From: Escherichia coli
GTDB taxonomy: Bacteria > Pseudomonadota > Gammaproteobacteria > Enterobacterales > Enterobacteriaceae
Length of the DNA: 64,000 nt
NCBI RefSeq assembly: GCF_003019035.1
Contig: NZ_CP027447.1
Reading direction: 5' to 3' (one strand)
Below, in pieces: positions 25,526 to 41,147 of this stretch. The translations under genes and the position numbers were made by a program. A model generated the notes under the pieces. It worked only from the letters and a program-made list of their open reading frames with translations. It was not told the DNA's origin and ran no database searches. The first letter of the stretch is position 1. Every line of letters starts with the position of its first letter.

Positions 25526-26857
25526 ATGGAATCACTGGCCTCGCTCTATAAAAATCATATAGCTACCTTACAGGAACGGACTCGCGATGCGCTGGCGCGC
25601 TTCAAGCTGGATGCGTTACTTATTCACTCCGGCGAACTGTTCAACGTTTTTCTCGACGATCATCCCTATCCGTTTAAAGTGAACCCGCAATTCAAAGCGT
25701 GGGTGCCGGTAACTCAGGTGCCAAACTGCTGGTTGCTGGTGGATGGCGTGAACAAGCCGAAACTGTGGTTTTATCTGCCGGTTGATTACTGGCACAACGT
25801 CGAACCGCTGCCGAACTCCTTCTGGACTGAAGATGTGGAAGTGATCGCGCTGCCGAAAGCCGATGGCATTGGTAGCCTGCTGCCTGCTGCGCGCGGCAAT
25901 ATCGGTTATATCGGTCCGGTGCCGGAACGTGCGCTGCAACTGGGTATTGAGGCCAGCAACATCAACCCGAAAGGGGTGATCGACTACCTGCATTACTACC
26001 GCTCCTTCAAAACCGAGTACGAACTGGCCTGTATGCGTGAAGCGCAGAAAATGGCGGTCAACGGTCATCGTGCGGCAGAAGAAGCGTTCCGTTCTGGCAT
26101 GAGCGAGTTCGATATCAATATTGCCTATCTGACCGCGACCGGTCATCGTGATACTGACGTACCTTACAGCAACATTGTGGCGCTTAACGAACACGCTGCG
26201 GTGTTGCATTACACCAAACTGGACCACCAGGCACCGGAAGAGATGCGCAGCTTCCTGCTGGATGCCGGGGCCGAATATAACGGCTATGCGGCTGACCTGA
26301 CCCGTACCTGGTCGGCAAAAAGCGACAACGACTACGCACAGCTGGTGAAAGACGTAAATGATGAACAACTGGCGCTGATCGCCACCATGAAAGCAGGCGT
26401 CAGCTATGTGGATTACCACATCCAGTTCCATCAGCGCATCGCCAAATTGCTGCGTAAACATCAAATCATCACCGATATGAGTGAAGAAGCGATGGTCGAA
26501 AACGATCTCACCGGACCGTTTATGCCGCACGGTATCGGTCATCCACTGGGCCTGCAGGTGCATGACGTAGCTGGCTTTATGCAAGATGATAGCGGTACGC
26601 ACCTCGCGGCACCGGCAAAATATCCGTACCTGCGCTGCACCCGTATTCTCCAGCCGGGCATGGTGTTAACCATCGAACCGGGTATCTACTTCATCGAATC
26701 GCTGCTGGCACCGTGGCGTGACGGGCAGTTCAGCAAACACTTCAACTGGCAGAAAATTGAAGCACTGAAACCGTTCGGCGGCATTCGTATCGAAGACAAC
26801 GTGGTGATCCACGAAAACAACGTGGAAAACATGACCCGGGAGCTGAAACTGGCGTGA
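25526..26857 (+). CDS. pepQ: Xaa-Pro dipeptidase PepQ
   Basis: 443 aa; M24 metallopeptidase fold; matches PepQ. Confidence 0.95.
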   Translation: MESLASLYKNHIATLQERTRDALARFKLDALLIHSGELFNVFLDDHPYPFKVNPQFKAWVPVTQVPNCWLLVDGVNKPKLWFYLPVDYWHNVEPLPNSFWTEDVEVIALPKADGIGSLLPAARGNIGYIGPVPERALQLGIEASNINPKGVIDYLHYYRSFKTEYELACMREAQKMAVNGHRAAEEAFRSGMSEFDINIAYLTATGHRDTDVPYSNIVALNEHAAVLHYTKLDHQAPEEMRSFLLDAGAEYNGYAADLTRTWSAKSDNDYAQLVKDVNDEQLALIATMKAGVSYVDYHIQFHQRIAKLLRKHQIITDMSEEAMVENDLTGPFMPHGIGHPLGLQVHDVAGFMQDDSGTHLAAPAKYPYLRCTRILQPGMVLTIEPGIYFIESLLAPWRDGQFSKHFNWQKIEALKPFGGIRIEDNVVIHENNVENMTRELKLA

Positions 26858-27471
26858 TGGAAAGCTGGTTAATTCCTGCGGCACCGGTCACGGTCGTTGA
26901 AGAGATCAAAAAGAGCCGCTTCATAACGATGTTAGCGCATACCGATGGCGTTGAGGCGGCGAAAGCGTTTGTTGAATCGGTACGGGCAGAACACCCCGAT
27001 GCCCGCCACCATTGCGTGGCGTGGGTGGCGGGTGCGCCGGATGATTCTCAACAGCTCGGTTTCTCTGACGACGGGGAACCGGCGGGAACGGCCGGTAAAC
27101 CGATGCTCGCCCAACTAATGGGCAGCGGCGTCGGGGAAATTACCGCTGTGGTGGTGCGCTACTACGGCGGCATATTGCTTGGTACCGGTGGGTTAGTGAA
27201 AGCGTATGGCGGCGGCGTGAATCAGGCGCTGCGCCAGCTAACGACCCAACGCAAGACGCCATTAACCGAATATACTTTGCAATGTGAATATAGTCAGTTA
27301 ACCGGCATTGAAGCGTTGCTGGGGCAGTGTGACGGCAAAATTATCAACAGTGATTATCAGGCATTCGTTCTGCTGCGGGTGGCGCTTCCGGCGGCGAAAG
27401 TGGCTGAATTTTCGGTAAAGCTGGCGGATTTTAGCCGTGGTTCATTGCAATTGTTAGCGATTGAAGAATAA
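26857..27471 (+). CDS. yigZ: IMPACT-family protein YigZ
   Basis: ATG overlaps the pepQ TGA (GTGATGG); about 204 aa, [22 protein letters not shown]. Confidence 0.85.
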   Translation: MESWLIPAAPVTVVEEIKKSRFITMLAHTDGVEAAKAFVESVRAEHPDARHHCVAWVAGAPDDSQQLGFSDDGEPAGTAGKPMLAQLMGSGVGEITAVVVRYYGGILLGTGGLVKAYGGGVNQALRQLTTQRKTPLTEYTLQCEYSQLTGIEALLGQCDGKIINSDYQAFVLLRVALPAAKVAEFSVKLADFSRGSLQLLAIEE

Positions 27472-27509
27472 TCCCCACTTCGTTTTGCAGAACTAAGGAA
27501 GCGGCAGAG

Positions 27510-28961
27510 ATGCATTTTCGCGCCATTACCCGAATCGTTGGACTACTGGTCATCTTATTTTCAGGGACCATGATTATCCCTGGGCTGGTAGCACTCATCT
27601 ACCGGGATGGAGCGGGCCGCGCTTTTACCCAGACCTTTTTTGTCGCCCTCGCCATTGGCTCTATGCTGTGGTGGCCGAACCGCAAAGAGAAGGGCGAACT
27701 GAAATCCCGTGAGGGGTTTCTGATAGTGGTGCTGTTCTGGACCGTGCTGGGTAGCGTCGGTGCGCTCCCTTTTATCTTCTCGGAAAGCCCGAACCTCACG
27801 ATTACCGATGCGTTTTTTGAATCTTTCTCTGGCCTGACCACCACGGGAGCCACTACGCTGGTGGGGCTGGATTCGCTCCCTCATGCCATCCTCTTTTATC
27901 GCCAGATGCTGCAATGGTTTGGCGGGATGGGGATCATCGTGTTGGCGGTTGCGATACTGCCTATCCTCGGCGTGGGTGGGATGCAGCTCTATCGCGCAGA
28001 AATGCCCGGCCCGCTGAAAGATAACAAAATGCGCCCGCGAATTGCGGAAACGGCGAAAACCCTGTGGTTGATTTATGTCTTGCTGACCGTCGCCTGTGCG
28101 CTGGCGTTGTGGTTTGCCGGAATGGATGCCTTTGATGCCATCGGCCATAGCTTTGCGACTATCGCTATTGGCGGCTTCTCGACACATGATGCCAGTATCG
28201 GTTATTTCGACAGCCCGACTATTAACACTATCATTGCTATCTTCCTGCTGATCTCCGGCTGTAACTACGGTCTGCACTTTTCGCTGTTAAGTGGGCGTAG
28301 TCTGAAGGTTTATTGGCGCGATCCGGAATTTCGCATGTTTATCGGCGTACAGTTTACGCTGGTGGTTATTTGTACCCTCGTGCTGTGGTTTCATAATGTC
28401 TATAGTTCGGCGCTGATGACAATTAACCAGGCGTTTTTCCAGGTGGTGTCGATGGCGACAACCGCCGGGTTTACGACTGACAGCATTGCCCGCTGGCCGC
28501 TCTTTTTGCCGGTACTGCTCTTATGTTCAGCTTTTATCGGCGGTTGTGCCGGGTCAACGGGCGGTGGCCTGAAAGTGATCCGCATCCTGCTGCTGTTTAA
28601 GCAGGGGAACCGTGAGCTGAAACGACTGGTGCATCCGAACGCCGTCTATAGCATTAAGCTGGGGAATCGCGCACTGCCGGAACGTATCCTCGAAGCCGTG
28701 TGGGGATTTTTCTCCGCCTATGCATTGGTGTTTATTGTCAGTATGCTGGCGATTATCGCCACGGGCGTGGATGACTTTTCTGCCTTTGCCTCGGTTGTTG
28801 CAACATTGAATAACCTGGGGCCAGGGCTTGGCGTGGTTGCTGATAACTTTACCAGCATGAACCCGGTGGCTAAATGGATCCTGATTGCCAACATGCTGTT
28901 TGGTCGTCTTGAGGTCTTTACATTGCTGGTGCTCTTTACCCCGACTTTCTGGCGTGAATGA
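27510..28961 (+). CDS. trkH: Trk-system potassium uptake protein TrkH
   Basis: 483 aa polytopic membrane protein; matches TrkH. Confidence 0.95.
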   Translation: MHFRAITRIVGLLVILFSGTMIIPGLVALIYRDGAGRAFTQTFFVALAIGSMLWWPNRKEKGELKSREGFLIVVLFWTVLGSVGALPFIFSESPNLTITDAFFESFSGLTTTGATTLVGLDSLPHAILFYRQMLQWFGGMGIIVLAVAILPILGVGGMQLYRAEMPGPLKDNKMRPRIAETAKTLWLIYVLLTVACALALWFAGMDAFDAIGHSFATIAIGGFSTHDASIGYFDSPTINTIIAIFLLISGCNYGLHFSLLSGRSLKVYWRDPEFRMFIGVQFTLVVICTLVLWFHNVYSSALMTINQAFFQVVSMATTAGFTTDSIARWPLFLPVLLLCSAFIGGCAGSTGGGLKVIRILLLFKQGNRELKRLVHPNAVYSIKLGNRALPERILEAVWGFFSAYALVFIVSMLAIIATGVDDFSAFASVVATLNNLGPGLGVVADNFTSMNPVAKWILIANMLFGRLEVFTLLVLFTPTFWRE

Positions 28962-28972
28962 TGGAGTAATAC

Positions 28973-29518
28973 GTGAAAACATTAATTCTTTTCTCAACAA
29001 GGGACGGACAAACGCGCGAGATTGCCTCCTACCTGGCTTCGGAACTGAAAGAACTGGGGATCCAGGCGGATGTCGCCAATGTGCACCGCATTGAAGAACC
29101 ACAGTGGGAAAACTACGACCGTGTGGTCATTGGTGCTTCTATTCGCTATGGTCACTACCACTCTGCGTTCCAGGAATTTGTCAAAAAGCATGCGACGCGG
29201 CTGAATTCGATGCCGAGCGCCTTTTACTCCGTAAACCTTGTGGCGCGTAAACCGGAGAAGCGTACTCCACAGACCAACAGCTACGCGCGGAAGTTTCTGA
29301 TGAGTTCACAATGGCGTCCCGATCGCTGCGCGGTCATTGCCGGGGCGCTGCGTTATCCACGTTACCGCTGGTACGACCGTTTTATGATCAAGCTGATTAT
29401 GAAGATGTCAGGCGGTGAAACGGATACGCGCAAAGAAGTTGTCTATACCGATTGGGAGCAGGTGGCGAATTTCGCCCGAGAAATCGCCCATTTAACCGAC
29501 AAACCGACGCTGAAATAA
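28973..29518 (+). CDS. hemG: Protoporphyrinogen oxidase HemG (flavodoxin-like)
   Basis: 181 aa, GTG start; [25 protein letters not shown]. Confidence 0.9.
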   Translation: MKTLILFSTRDGQTREIASYLASELKELGIQADVANVHRIEEPQWENYDRVVIGASIRYGHYHSAFQEFVKKHATRLNSMPSAFYSVNLVARKPEKRTPQTNSYARKFLMSSQWRPDRCAVIAGALRYPRYRWYDRFMIKLIMKMSGGETDTRKEVVYTDWEQVANFAREIAHLTDKPTLK

Positions 29519-29567
29519 GCATAAAGAATAAAAAATGCGCGGTCAGAAAATTATTTTAAATTTCCTC

Positions 29568-29595
29568 TTGTCAGGCCGGAATAACTCCCTATAAT
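29568..29595 (+). promoter_or_regulatory. rRNA operon promoter P1 (-35 TTGTCA, -10 TATAAT, GC-rich discriminator)
   Basis: cttgtcaggccggaataactccctataatgcgccacc with 16-bp spacing; AT-rich UP-element-like region upstream (29521-29565). Confidence 0.7.
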
Positions 29596-29685
29596 GCGCC
29601 ACCACTGACACGGAACAACGGCAAACACGCCGCCGGGTCAGCGGGGTTCTCCTGAGAATCTCAACAGAGAAAAGCAAAAAAATGC

Positions 29686-29713
29686 TTGACTCTGTAGCGG
29701 GAAAGCGTATTAT
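29686..29713 (+). promoter_or_regulatory. rRNA operon promoter P2 (-35 TTGACT, -10 TATTAT)
   Basis: aaaaaaatgcttgactctgtagcgggaaagcgtattatgcacacc. Confidence 0.7.
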
Positions 29714-29750
29714 GCACACCGCGCGCCGCTGAGAAAAAGCGAAGCGGCAC

Positions 29751-29763
29751 TGCTCTTTAACAA
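29751..29763 (+). promoter_or_regulatory. boxA antitermination element in the rRNA leader
   Basis: tgctctttaacaa matches the rrn boxA consensus. Confidence 0.6.
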
Positions 29764-29894
29764 TTTATCAGACAATCTGTGTGGGCACTCGAAGATACGG
29801 ATTCTTAACGTCGCAAGACGAAAAATGAATACCAAGTCTCAAGAGTGAACACGTAATTCATTACGAAGTTTAATTCTTTGAGCATCAAACTTTT

Positions 29895-31436
<1,542 letters not shown>

Positions 31437-31504
31437 CCTTAAAGAACTGTGCTTTGCAGTGCTCACACAGATTGTCTGATGAAAATGAGCAGTAAAACCT
31501 CTAC

Positions 31505-31581
<77 letters not shown>

Positions 31582-31623
31582 AATTTGCATCGCAAATTTG
31601 AAGAGGTTTTAACTACATGTTAT

Positions 31624-31699
31624 GGGGCTATAGCTCAGCTGGGAGAGCGCCTGCTTTGCACGCAGGAGGTCTGCGGTTCGATCCCGCATAGCTCCACCA
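31624..31699 (+). tRNA. alaT: tRNA-Ala (anticodon UGC)
   Basis: ggggctatagctcagctgggagagcgcctgctttgcacgcaggaggtctgcggttcgatcccgcatagctccacca; G3:U70 identity pair present. Confidence 0.95.
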
Positions 31700-31872
31700 T
31701 CTCTGTAGTGATTAAATAAAAAATACTTCAGAGTGTACCTGCAAAGGTTCACTGCGAAGTTTTGCTCTTTAAAAATCTGGATCAAGCTGAAAATTGAAAC
31801 ACTGAACAACGAAAGTTGTTCGTGAGTCTCTCAAATTTTCGCAATCAGAAGTGAAACATCTTCGGGTTGTGA

Positions 31873-34776
<2,904 letters not shown>

Positions 34777-34867
34777 ACAACGCCGAAGATGTTTTGGCGG
34801 AAGAGAGAAGATTTTCAGCCTGATACAGATTAAATCAGAACGCAGAAGCGGTCTGATAAACAGAATT

Positions 34868-34987
34868 TGCCTGGCGGCCTTAGCGCGGTGGTCCCACCTG
34901 ACCCCATGCCGAACTCAGAAGTGAAACGCCGTAGCGCCGATGGTAGTGTGGGGTCTCCCCATGCGAGAGTAGGGAACTGCCAGGCAT
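34868..34987 (+). rRNA. rrfA: 5S ribosomal RNA
   Basis: tgcctggcggcc...gggaactgccaggcat; 120 nt. Confidence 0.95.
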
Positions 34988-35001
34988 CAGATTAAGCAGA
35001 A

Positions 35002-35026
35002 GGCCATCCGTCAGGATGGCCTTTTT
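35002..35026 (+). terminator. rRNA operon rho-independent terminator
   Basis: ggccatcc-gtca-ggatggcc hairpin followed by TTTTT. Confidence 0.7.
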
Positions 35027-35087
35027 GCGCTGGTGCAGAAAAAGGCCGGCTGCGACGCTGGCTGCGTCTGATCCAGCCTACTCTTGC

Positions 35088-35615
35088 TTATCCGTCCTGA
35101 TTTTGCATCCACTCCACCACAAAATCAGCCAGCCCCTCAACATCATTAATATCCAGTAACGCGACATCAAGATTAAGCGGCACATCACTGGCTACAGCAA
35201 TAACATGTCTGTCTATCACTAATTCTTCCGGTCGATGTCCGGCTCCATCGCGAAACAGCACAATCTTTGCGATCTCTTCATGCTTAAACCCTTCGACCAG
35301 AATCAAATCCAGCTTTGAGGTATCCATTCGACTTGCGAGAAAATGTAGATCCAGCTCTTCTTCGTCTGGTGTTTCCGTCATCAAGGCCCATCGCTGCTGG
35401 CTGGCAACGATGGTTTGCGCCGCGCCAGCCTTGCGCAGCTCATAGCTATCTTTGCCCGGTTTATCAACATCCATATCATGGTGCGTATGCTTAATCAGCC
35501 CCGGACGGATCCCTCTGGCGCATAATGCCGGGATCAATTTTTTCAGCAGCGTTGTTTTTCCGGTGCCACTCCATGCAGCAAAGGCGAGTAACGGTATCAT
35601 CGTTTTTCCTGCCAT
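35088..35615 (-). CDS. mobB: Molybdopterin-guanine dinucleotide biosynthesis adapter MobB
   Basis: 175 aa; P-loop GTGKTT; matches MobB. Confidence 0.9.
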   Translation of the reverse strand: MAGKTMIPLLAFAAWSGTGKTTLLKKLIPALCARGIRPGLIKHTHHDMDVDKPGKDSYELRKAGAAQTIVASQQRWALMTETPDEEELDLHFLASRMDTSKLDLILVEGFKHEEIAKIVLFRDGAGHRPEELVIDRHVIAVASDVPLNLDVALLDINDVEGLADFVVEWMQNQDG

Positions 35616-36181
35616 CGGGCAAGCTCCTCTGGCGTATTCACGTTTATAAATGCCTCTTTACGATCGCTGAAATCAACCGCATGACCGCCAGCCAGACGCA
35701 TAAATGCCATAACCCGGCGTTCTCCTGCTTGCAGATATTCTTGTAATAAAGGCTCAATTGCGCGGTTTACCAGAGCAATAGTCGGGTGATCGCGTTCACC
35801 GTCGTGGACCCACACGACAGGCGCATCTTTGCGCTGATGATTAAGCCGGGAGGCTAAATCATGGGGAATGTAAGGCGTATCGCACGGGCAAAACAAAAAC
35901 CACTCACCCGCTTCCTGCTGCATTACTGAAAGCATTCCTGCCAGAGGGCCTGGGTAATCCGCCAGTGAATCTTCAATCACTTTCAGACCGCTTGCCTGAT
36001 AGATTTCCTGATGACGATTAGCATTAACCACGACGTGAGAGAGCTGCGTCATAAGCGCGTCAGCGACATGTTGCCATAATGGTTTGCCGTTTAATTCAAG
36101 CAATCCTTTATCTACGCCGCCCATTCGTCTGGCTTTACCGCCCGCCAGCACAACGCCTGTTATCGTCGTCATCAGATTCAC
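35597..36181 (-). CDS. mobA: Molybdenum cofactor guanylyltransferase MobA
   Basis: 194 aa; [13 protein letters not shown] motif; 19-nt overlap with mobB. Confidence 0.9.
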
Positions 36182-36250
36182 CGATATCGCCTCTTTTATT
36201 GTGGGATTGACCCTGCTAACGTGTCTGTCTCAAGAGTAAGGAGCATTACT

Positions 36251-36520
36251 ATGAAATGTAAACGTCTGAATGAAGTTATTGAACTCCTCCAGCCAGCCTG
36301 GCAAAAAGAGCCAGACCTTAACCTGCTGCAATTTTTGCAGAAACTGGCGAAAGAGTCAGGTTTTGACGGCGAACTGGCGGATTTGACGGATGACATTCTG
36401 ATCTATCACCTGAAAATGCGTGATTCCGCGAAAGATGCGGTGATCCCGGGTTTGCAGAAAGATTATGAAGAAGATTTCAAAACGGCGCTATTACGCGCAC
36501 GTGGCGTAATTAAAGAGTAA
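36251..36520 (+). CDS. yihD: Small conserved protein YihD
   Basis: Start at [17 protein letters not shown] (89 aa) with RBS TAAGGAG; the track ORF has an extension. Confidence 0.85.
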
Positions 36521-36596
36521 AAGCTTGTAAGCGGTGCCACCAAAATCATCATGAAATGATATCCTTCATCATTCGTAATGTTTTCCGGATGATGGG

Positions 36597-37583
36597 ATGA
36601 ACAACAGCGCTTTTACTTTCCAGACACTACACCCGGATACCATCATGGATGCTCTGTTTGAGCAAGGGATCCGGGTGGATTCCGGTCTTACCCCGCTTAA
36701 CAGCTATGAAAACCGTGTCTATCAATTTCAGGATGAAGATCGTCGACGTTTTGTCGTCAAATTTTATCGTCCTGAACGTTGGACACCCGATCAAATCCTC
36801 GAAGAACATCAATTTGCGTTGCAGTTGGTAAATGATGAAGTTCCGGTCGCAGCACCTGTGGCCTTTAACGGTCAGACTTTATTGAATCATCAGGGATTTT
36901 ATTTCGCTGTTTTTCCAAGCGTCGGTGGTCGCCAGTTCGAAGCTGATAATATCGATCAGATGGAAGCGGTTGGGCGTTATTTAGGGCGTATGCACCAGAC
37001 GGGGCGCAAACAGCTTTTTATCCATCGCCCGACCATCGGTCTGAATGAATATCTCATTGAGCCTCGCAAGCTGTTTGAGGACGCTACACTGATACCTTCC
37101 GGGTTGAAAGCGGCATTTCTGAAAGCGACAGATGAGCTGATCGCCGCCGTTACAGCACACTGGCGGGAAGATTTCACCGTTCTGCGGCTACATGGAGACT
37201 GCCACGCTGGGAATATTCTCTGGCGCGATGGTCCAATGTTTGTTGATCTGGATGATGCACGTAATGGTCCGGCTATTCAGGATTTGTGGATGTTGCTCAA
37301 TGGCGATAAAGCCGAGCAGCGGATGCAACTGGAAACTATTATTGAAGCTTATGAAGAATTTAGCGAGTTCGACACTGCTGAAATCGGACTGATTGAACCT
37401 TTACGCGCCATGCGTTTGGTTTATTATCTTGCCTGGCTAATGCGGCGTTGGGCTGATCCCGCGTTCCCGAAAAATTTCCCGTGGTTAACCGGGGAAGATT
37501 ACTGGCTGCGACAGACGGCGACTTTTATAGAACAGGCAAAAGTTCTACAAGAACCCCCTTTGCAATTAACACCTATGTATTAA
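36597..37583 (+). CDS. srkA: Stress response Ser/Thr kinase SrkA (RdoA/YihE)
   Basis: 328 aa; kinase motif HGDCHAGNILW and DLDDA; matches YihE. Confidence 0.9.
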   Translation: MNNSAFTFQTLHPDTIMDALFEQGIRVDSGLTPLNSYENRVYQFQDEDRRRFVVKFYRPERWTPDQILEEHQFALQLVNDEVPVAAPVAFNGQTLLNHQGFYFAVFPSVGGRQFEADNIDQMEAVGRYLGRMHQTGRKQLFIHRPTIGLNEYLIEPRKLFEDATLIPSGLKAAFLKATDELIAAVTAHWREDFTVLRLHGDCHAGNILWRDGPMFVDLDDARNGPAIQDLWMLLNGDKAEQRMQLETIIEAYEEFSEFDTAEIGLIEPLRAMRLVYYLAWLMRRWADPAFPKNFPWLTGEDYWLRQTATFIEQAKVLQEPPLQLTPMY

Positions 37584-37599
37584 TCGGAGAGAGTAGATC

Positions 37600-38226
37600 A
37601 TGAAAAAGATTTGGCTGGCGCTGGCTGGTTTAGTTTTAGCGTTTAGCGCATCGGCGGCGCAGTATGAAGATGGTAAACAGTACACTACCCTGGAAAAACC
37701 GGTAGCTGGCGCGCCGCAAGTGCTGGAGTTTTTCTCTTTCTTCTGCCCGCACTGCTATCAGTTTGAAGAAGTTCTGCATATTTCTGATAACGTGAAGAAA
37801 AAACTGCCGGAAGGCGTGAAGATGACTAAATACCACGTCAACTTCATGGGTGGTGACCTGGGCAAAGATCTGACTCAGGCATGGGCAGTGGCGATGGCAC
37901 TGGGCGTGGAAGACAAAGTCACTGTTCCGCTGTTTGAAGGCGTACAGAAAACCCAGACCATTCGTTCAGCATCTGATATCCGCGATGTATTTATCAACGC
38001 AGGTATTAAAGGTGAAGAGTACGACGCGGCGTGGAACAGCTTCGTGGTGAAATCCCTGGTCGCTCAGCAGGAAAAAGCTGCAGCTGACGTGCAATTGCGT
38101 GGCGTTCCGGCGATGTTTGTTAACGGTAAATATCAGCTGAATCCGCAGGGTATGGATACCAGCAATATGGATGTTTTTGTTCAGCAGTATGCTGATACTG
38201 TGAAATATCTGTCCGAGAAAAAATAA
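37600..38226 (+). CDS. dsbA: Periplasmic thiol:disulfide oxidoreductase DsbA
   Basis: 208 aa; signal peptide and CPHC active site. Confidence 0.95.
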
Positions 38227-38244
38227 TTCAATGTAAATTACATA

Positions 38245-38274
38245 AAGCCCGTGAATATTCACGGGCTTTTTTTA
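38245..38274 (+). terminator. dsbA rho-independent terminator
   Basis: aagcccgtgaatattcacgggctt hairpin followed by a T-run. Confidence 0.8.
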
Positions 38275-38380
38275 TTATTTAATAAATATAAATACATTCT
38301 GATAATGCGTCCTGCCGCTGGACATTATTTCAGCATAAGCGGATATTTAAAGTTTTGCTGTTTTATCAGGGAATATTTAT

Positions 38381-39811
38381 ATGATACGTAAGTCAGCTAC
38401 AGGTGTTATTGTTGCGTTAGCCGTAATCTGGGGTGGTGGCACATGGTACACAGGTACGCAAATTCAGCCTGGTGTCGAAAAGTTTATTAAAGATTTTAAC
38501 GATGCTAAAAAGAAAGGTGAACATGCCTACGATATGACGTTAAGTTATAAAAACTTTGACAAAGGCTTTTTTAATTCTCATTTTCAAATGCAAATAACAT
38601 TTGATAACGGTGCACCCGATCTCAATATCAAGCCAGGCCAGAAAGTTTCATTTGATGTGGATGTTGAGCACGGTCCGTTGCCCATCACAATGTTAATGCG
38701 TGGTAATGTCATCCCCGCACTGGCAGCGGCAAAAGTGAACTTAGTGAATAATGAACTGACACAACCGCTATTTATCGCCGCAAAAAATAAATCGCCCGTG
38801 GAAGCGACATTGCGATTCGCGTTTGGTGGCTCATTCTCCACGACATTAGATGTTGCCCCTGCAAAATATGGAAAGTTTTCTTTTGGTGAGGGCCAGTTTA
38901 CTTTTAATGGTGATGGTAGTTCATTGTCTAACCTGGATAGTGAAGGCAAAGTCGAAGATATTGTTCTGCAATTTTCACCAATGAACAAAGTAACGGCGAA
39001 AAGTTTTACCTTTGATTCTCTGACACGATTAGAAGAAAAGAAATTTCCGGTTGGTGAAAGCGAGTCGAAATTTAATCAGGTTAATATTATCAACCAGGGG
39101 GAAGTCGTTGCCCAAATCGATGCTTTCGTTGCAAAAACCAGGCTGGATCGCGTTAAAGACAAAGATTATATCAATGTCAATCTGACCTACGAACTTGATA
39201 AGTTAATAAAAGGGAATCAGCAACTCGGTAGTGGTGAGTGGTCATTGATTGCTGAATCTATTGATCCGTCAGCGGTGCGCCAATTTATCATCCAGTATAA
39301 CATTGCGATGCAGAAGCACCTTGCTGCACACCCTGAGTTAGCAAACGATGAAGTTGCTCTGCAAGAAGTGAATGCTGCATTGTTCAAAGAGTATTTACCG
39401 TTATTACAAAAAAGTGAGCCGACCATTAAACAACCGGTAAGATGGAAGAACGCACTCGGCGAACTAAATGCCAATCTGGATATCAGTATTGCCGACCCAG
39501 CCAAATCTTCATCATCCACAAACAAAGATATTAAATCGCTCAATTTTGATGTGAAGTTACCGCTTAATGTCGTCACAGAAACCGCAAAACAGCTTAATTT
39601 ATCTGAAGGGATGGATGCTGAAAAAGCGCAAAAGCAGGCTGATAAACAAATCAGCGGGATGATGACATTAGGTCAGATGTTGCAGTTAATCACGATTGAC
39701 AACAATACCGCCTCGCTGCAACTGCGTTATACACCGGGTAAAGTTGTTTTTAACGGACAGGAGATGAGCGAAGAAGAATTTATGTCTCGTGCCGGACGTT
39801 TTGTTCATTAA
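38381..39811 (+). CDS. yihF: DUF945-family protein YihF
   Basis: 476 aa; N-terminal TM/signal anchor; matches YihF from memory. Confidence 0.85.
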   Translation: MIRKSATGVIVALAVIWGGGTWYTGTQIQPGVEKFIKDFNDAKKKGEHAYDMTLSYKNFDKGFFNSHFQMQITFDNGAPDLNIKPGQKVSFDVDVEHGPLPITMLMRGNVIPALAAAKVNLVNNELTQPLFIAAKNKSPVEATLRFAFGGSFSTTLDVAPAKYGKFSFGEGQFTFNGDGSSLSNLDSEGKVEDIVLQFSPMNKVTAKSFTFDSLTRLEEKKFPVGESESKFNQVNIINQGEVVAQIDAFVAKTRLDRVKDKDYINVNLTYELDKLIKGNQQLGSGEWSLIAESIDPSAVRQFIIQYNIAMQKHLAAHPELANDEVALQEVNAALFKEYLPLLQKSEPTIKQPVRWKNALGELNANLDISIADPAKSSSSTNKDIKSLNFDVKLPLNVVTETAKQLNLSEGMDAEKAQKQADKQISGMMTLGQMLQLITIDNNTASLQLRYTPGKVVFNGQEMSEEEFMSRAGRFVH

Positions 39812-39814
39812 AAT

Positions 39815-39850
39815 ACTCACTCGCCTCTGCTCATTCAGAGGCGAGTAAAA
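39815..39850. terminator. Stem-loop between convergent yihF and yihG; putative bidirectional terminator
   Basis: ctcgcctctg ... cagaggcgag inverted repeat. Confidence 0.55.
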
Positions 39851-39851
39851 C

Positions 39852-40784
39852 TTACTTTTCCTGCCGCTGTGATGACATCAACGATGTCAGAAGCCGGTCT
39901 TTTTCCTGCCACAATGAGTTCAGCCATTGCTGAAAATGGCGCTTAAAGCTTTTGTCATTGATGTAGTCGCCATGTAACTCATCGGCAATAGGCTGTAAAT
40001 CCACATGTACGACAATCCGCGTCAGTTTACCGCTTAACATATCGAAGAACGGCTGACGGTTATTGTCCGGATAACACAGCGTAACATTAAGCAGTTTATC
40101 GAATTGTTTACCCAGTACATTTAGCGCCATCGCAATGCCTGCCGCCTTTGGTGGCAACAAGTTTTGAAAAGTGGAGTGGGTTTGCTGATGTTTTTCTTGC
40201 GTGAAACGGGAGCCTTCAACGAAATTGACAATGGTGGTGGGATGCAGGCGAAACTTTTCACAAGAACGCCGAGTGGTTTCAACATCTTTACCACGTCGCT
40301 CCGGATGACGTAATAAATAAGCGCGGGAATAACGCTTCATAAACGGCATATCCAGCGCCCAGCACGCCAGGCCAAGAAATGGCACCCAGGCCAGCTGCTG
40401 CTTGAGGAAATATTTATTCATCGGAATGTGCTTACGAAACAGCACGCACAGTACGACAATATCTGCCCAACTACGGTGGTTACAAATAAGCAGATACCAG
40501 TTCTTCTTACTTAACCCTTCCAGCCCGTGAACTTCCCATTGCAGGTGTGGGTTCAGATGCAGTAATACCGCCAGACCTTCACACCAGCAATACATCATAA
40601 AATCACAAAAACGCGAAACCTTTCGCCAAATGACTGGCACAGGTAGCAATAGTTTTACAATCCCGGCAATGATGATCGGGACGGAACAAAAAATAGTGAC
40701 CAAAATGGTCAATACGATACTCAGCAAAAGGGTTATCGCAGCGAGTATTCTCGTCATAATGAATTTATTCAAAAGGTTAGCCAT
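39852..40784 (-). CDS. yihG: Acyltransferase (1-acyl-sn-glycerol-3-phosphate acyltransferase family) YihG
   Basis: Start at [20 protein letters not shown] (about 310 aa); HxxxxD acyltransferase motif (NHRSWAD). Confidence 0.8.
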   Translation of the reverse strand: MANLLNKFIMTRILAAITLLLSIVLTILVTIFCSVPIIIAGIVKLLLPVPVIWRKVSRFCDFMMYCWCEGLAVLLHLNPHLQWEVHGLEGLSKKNWYLLICNHRSWADIVVLCVLFRKHIPMNKYFLKQQLAWVPFLGLACWALDMPFMKRYSRAYLLRHPERRGKDVETTRRSCEKFRLHPTTIVNFVEGSRFTQEKHQQTHSTFQNLLPPKAAGIAMALNVLGKQFDKLLNVTLCYPDNNRQPFFDMLSGKLTRIVVHVDLQPIADELHGDYINDKSFKRHFQQWLNSLWQEKDRLLTSLMSSQRQEK

Positions 40785-41015
40785 AGACAGTGCGCTAAAG
40801 AAGCGCAAGGCGCAGATTTTAGCAGAAAACGACCCAAATAACGGATGATCCTTAAGGAGAAAAATAATTCATATCTATCCACATTAGAAAAAATCCCATT
40901 ATCTCAATTATTAGGGATGGCTTTATTTTTAACTGCATGAAAAACAAAGATAAACATCATGCTGTAAAAAGCATGATAATAAATTAAAAGTGATGTAAAT
41001 AATTTATGCACAAAG

Positions 41016-41024
41016 TTATCCACA
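41016..41024. promoter_or_regulatory. DnaA box (TTATCCACA) in the polA promoter region
   Basis: Exact 9-mer consensus about 125 bp upstream of the polA start; polA is known to carry a DnaA box. Confidence 0.4.
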
Positions 41025-41147
41025 TGACGATTTGCGAGCGATCCAGAAGATCTACAAAAGATTTTCACGAAAAGCGGTGAAAAACTCATGTTTTCATCCT
41101 GTCTGTGGCATCCTTTACCCATAATCTGATAAACAGGCACGGACATT

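Noticed and set aside
40904-41146. 80-aa minus-strand ORF immediately upstream of polA
   Set aside because: Lies in the AT-rich polA promoter region (containing a DnaA box); no convincing RBS.
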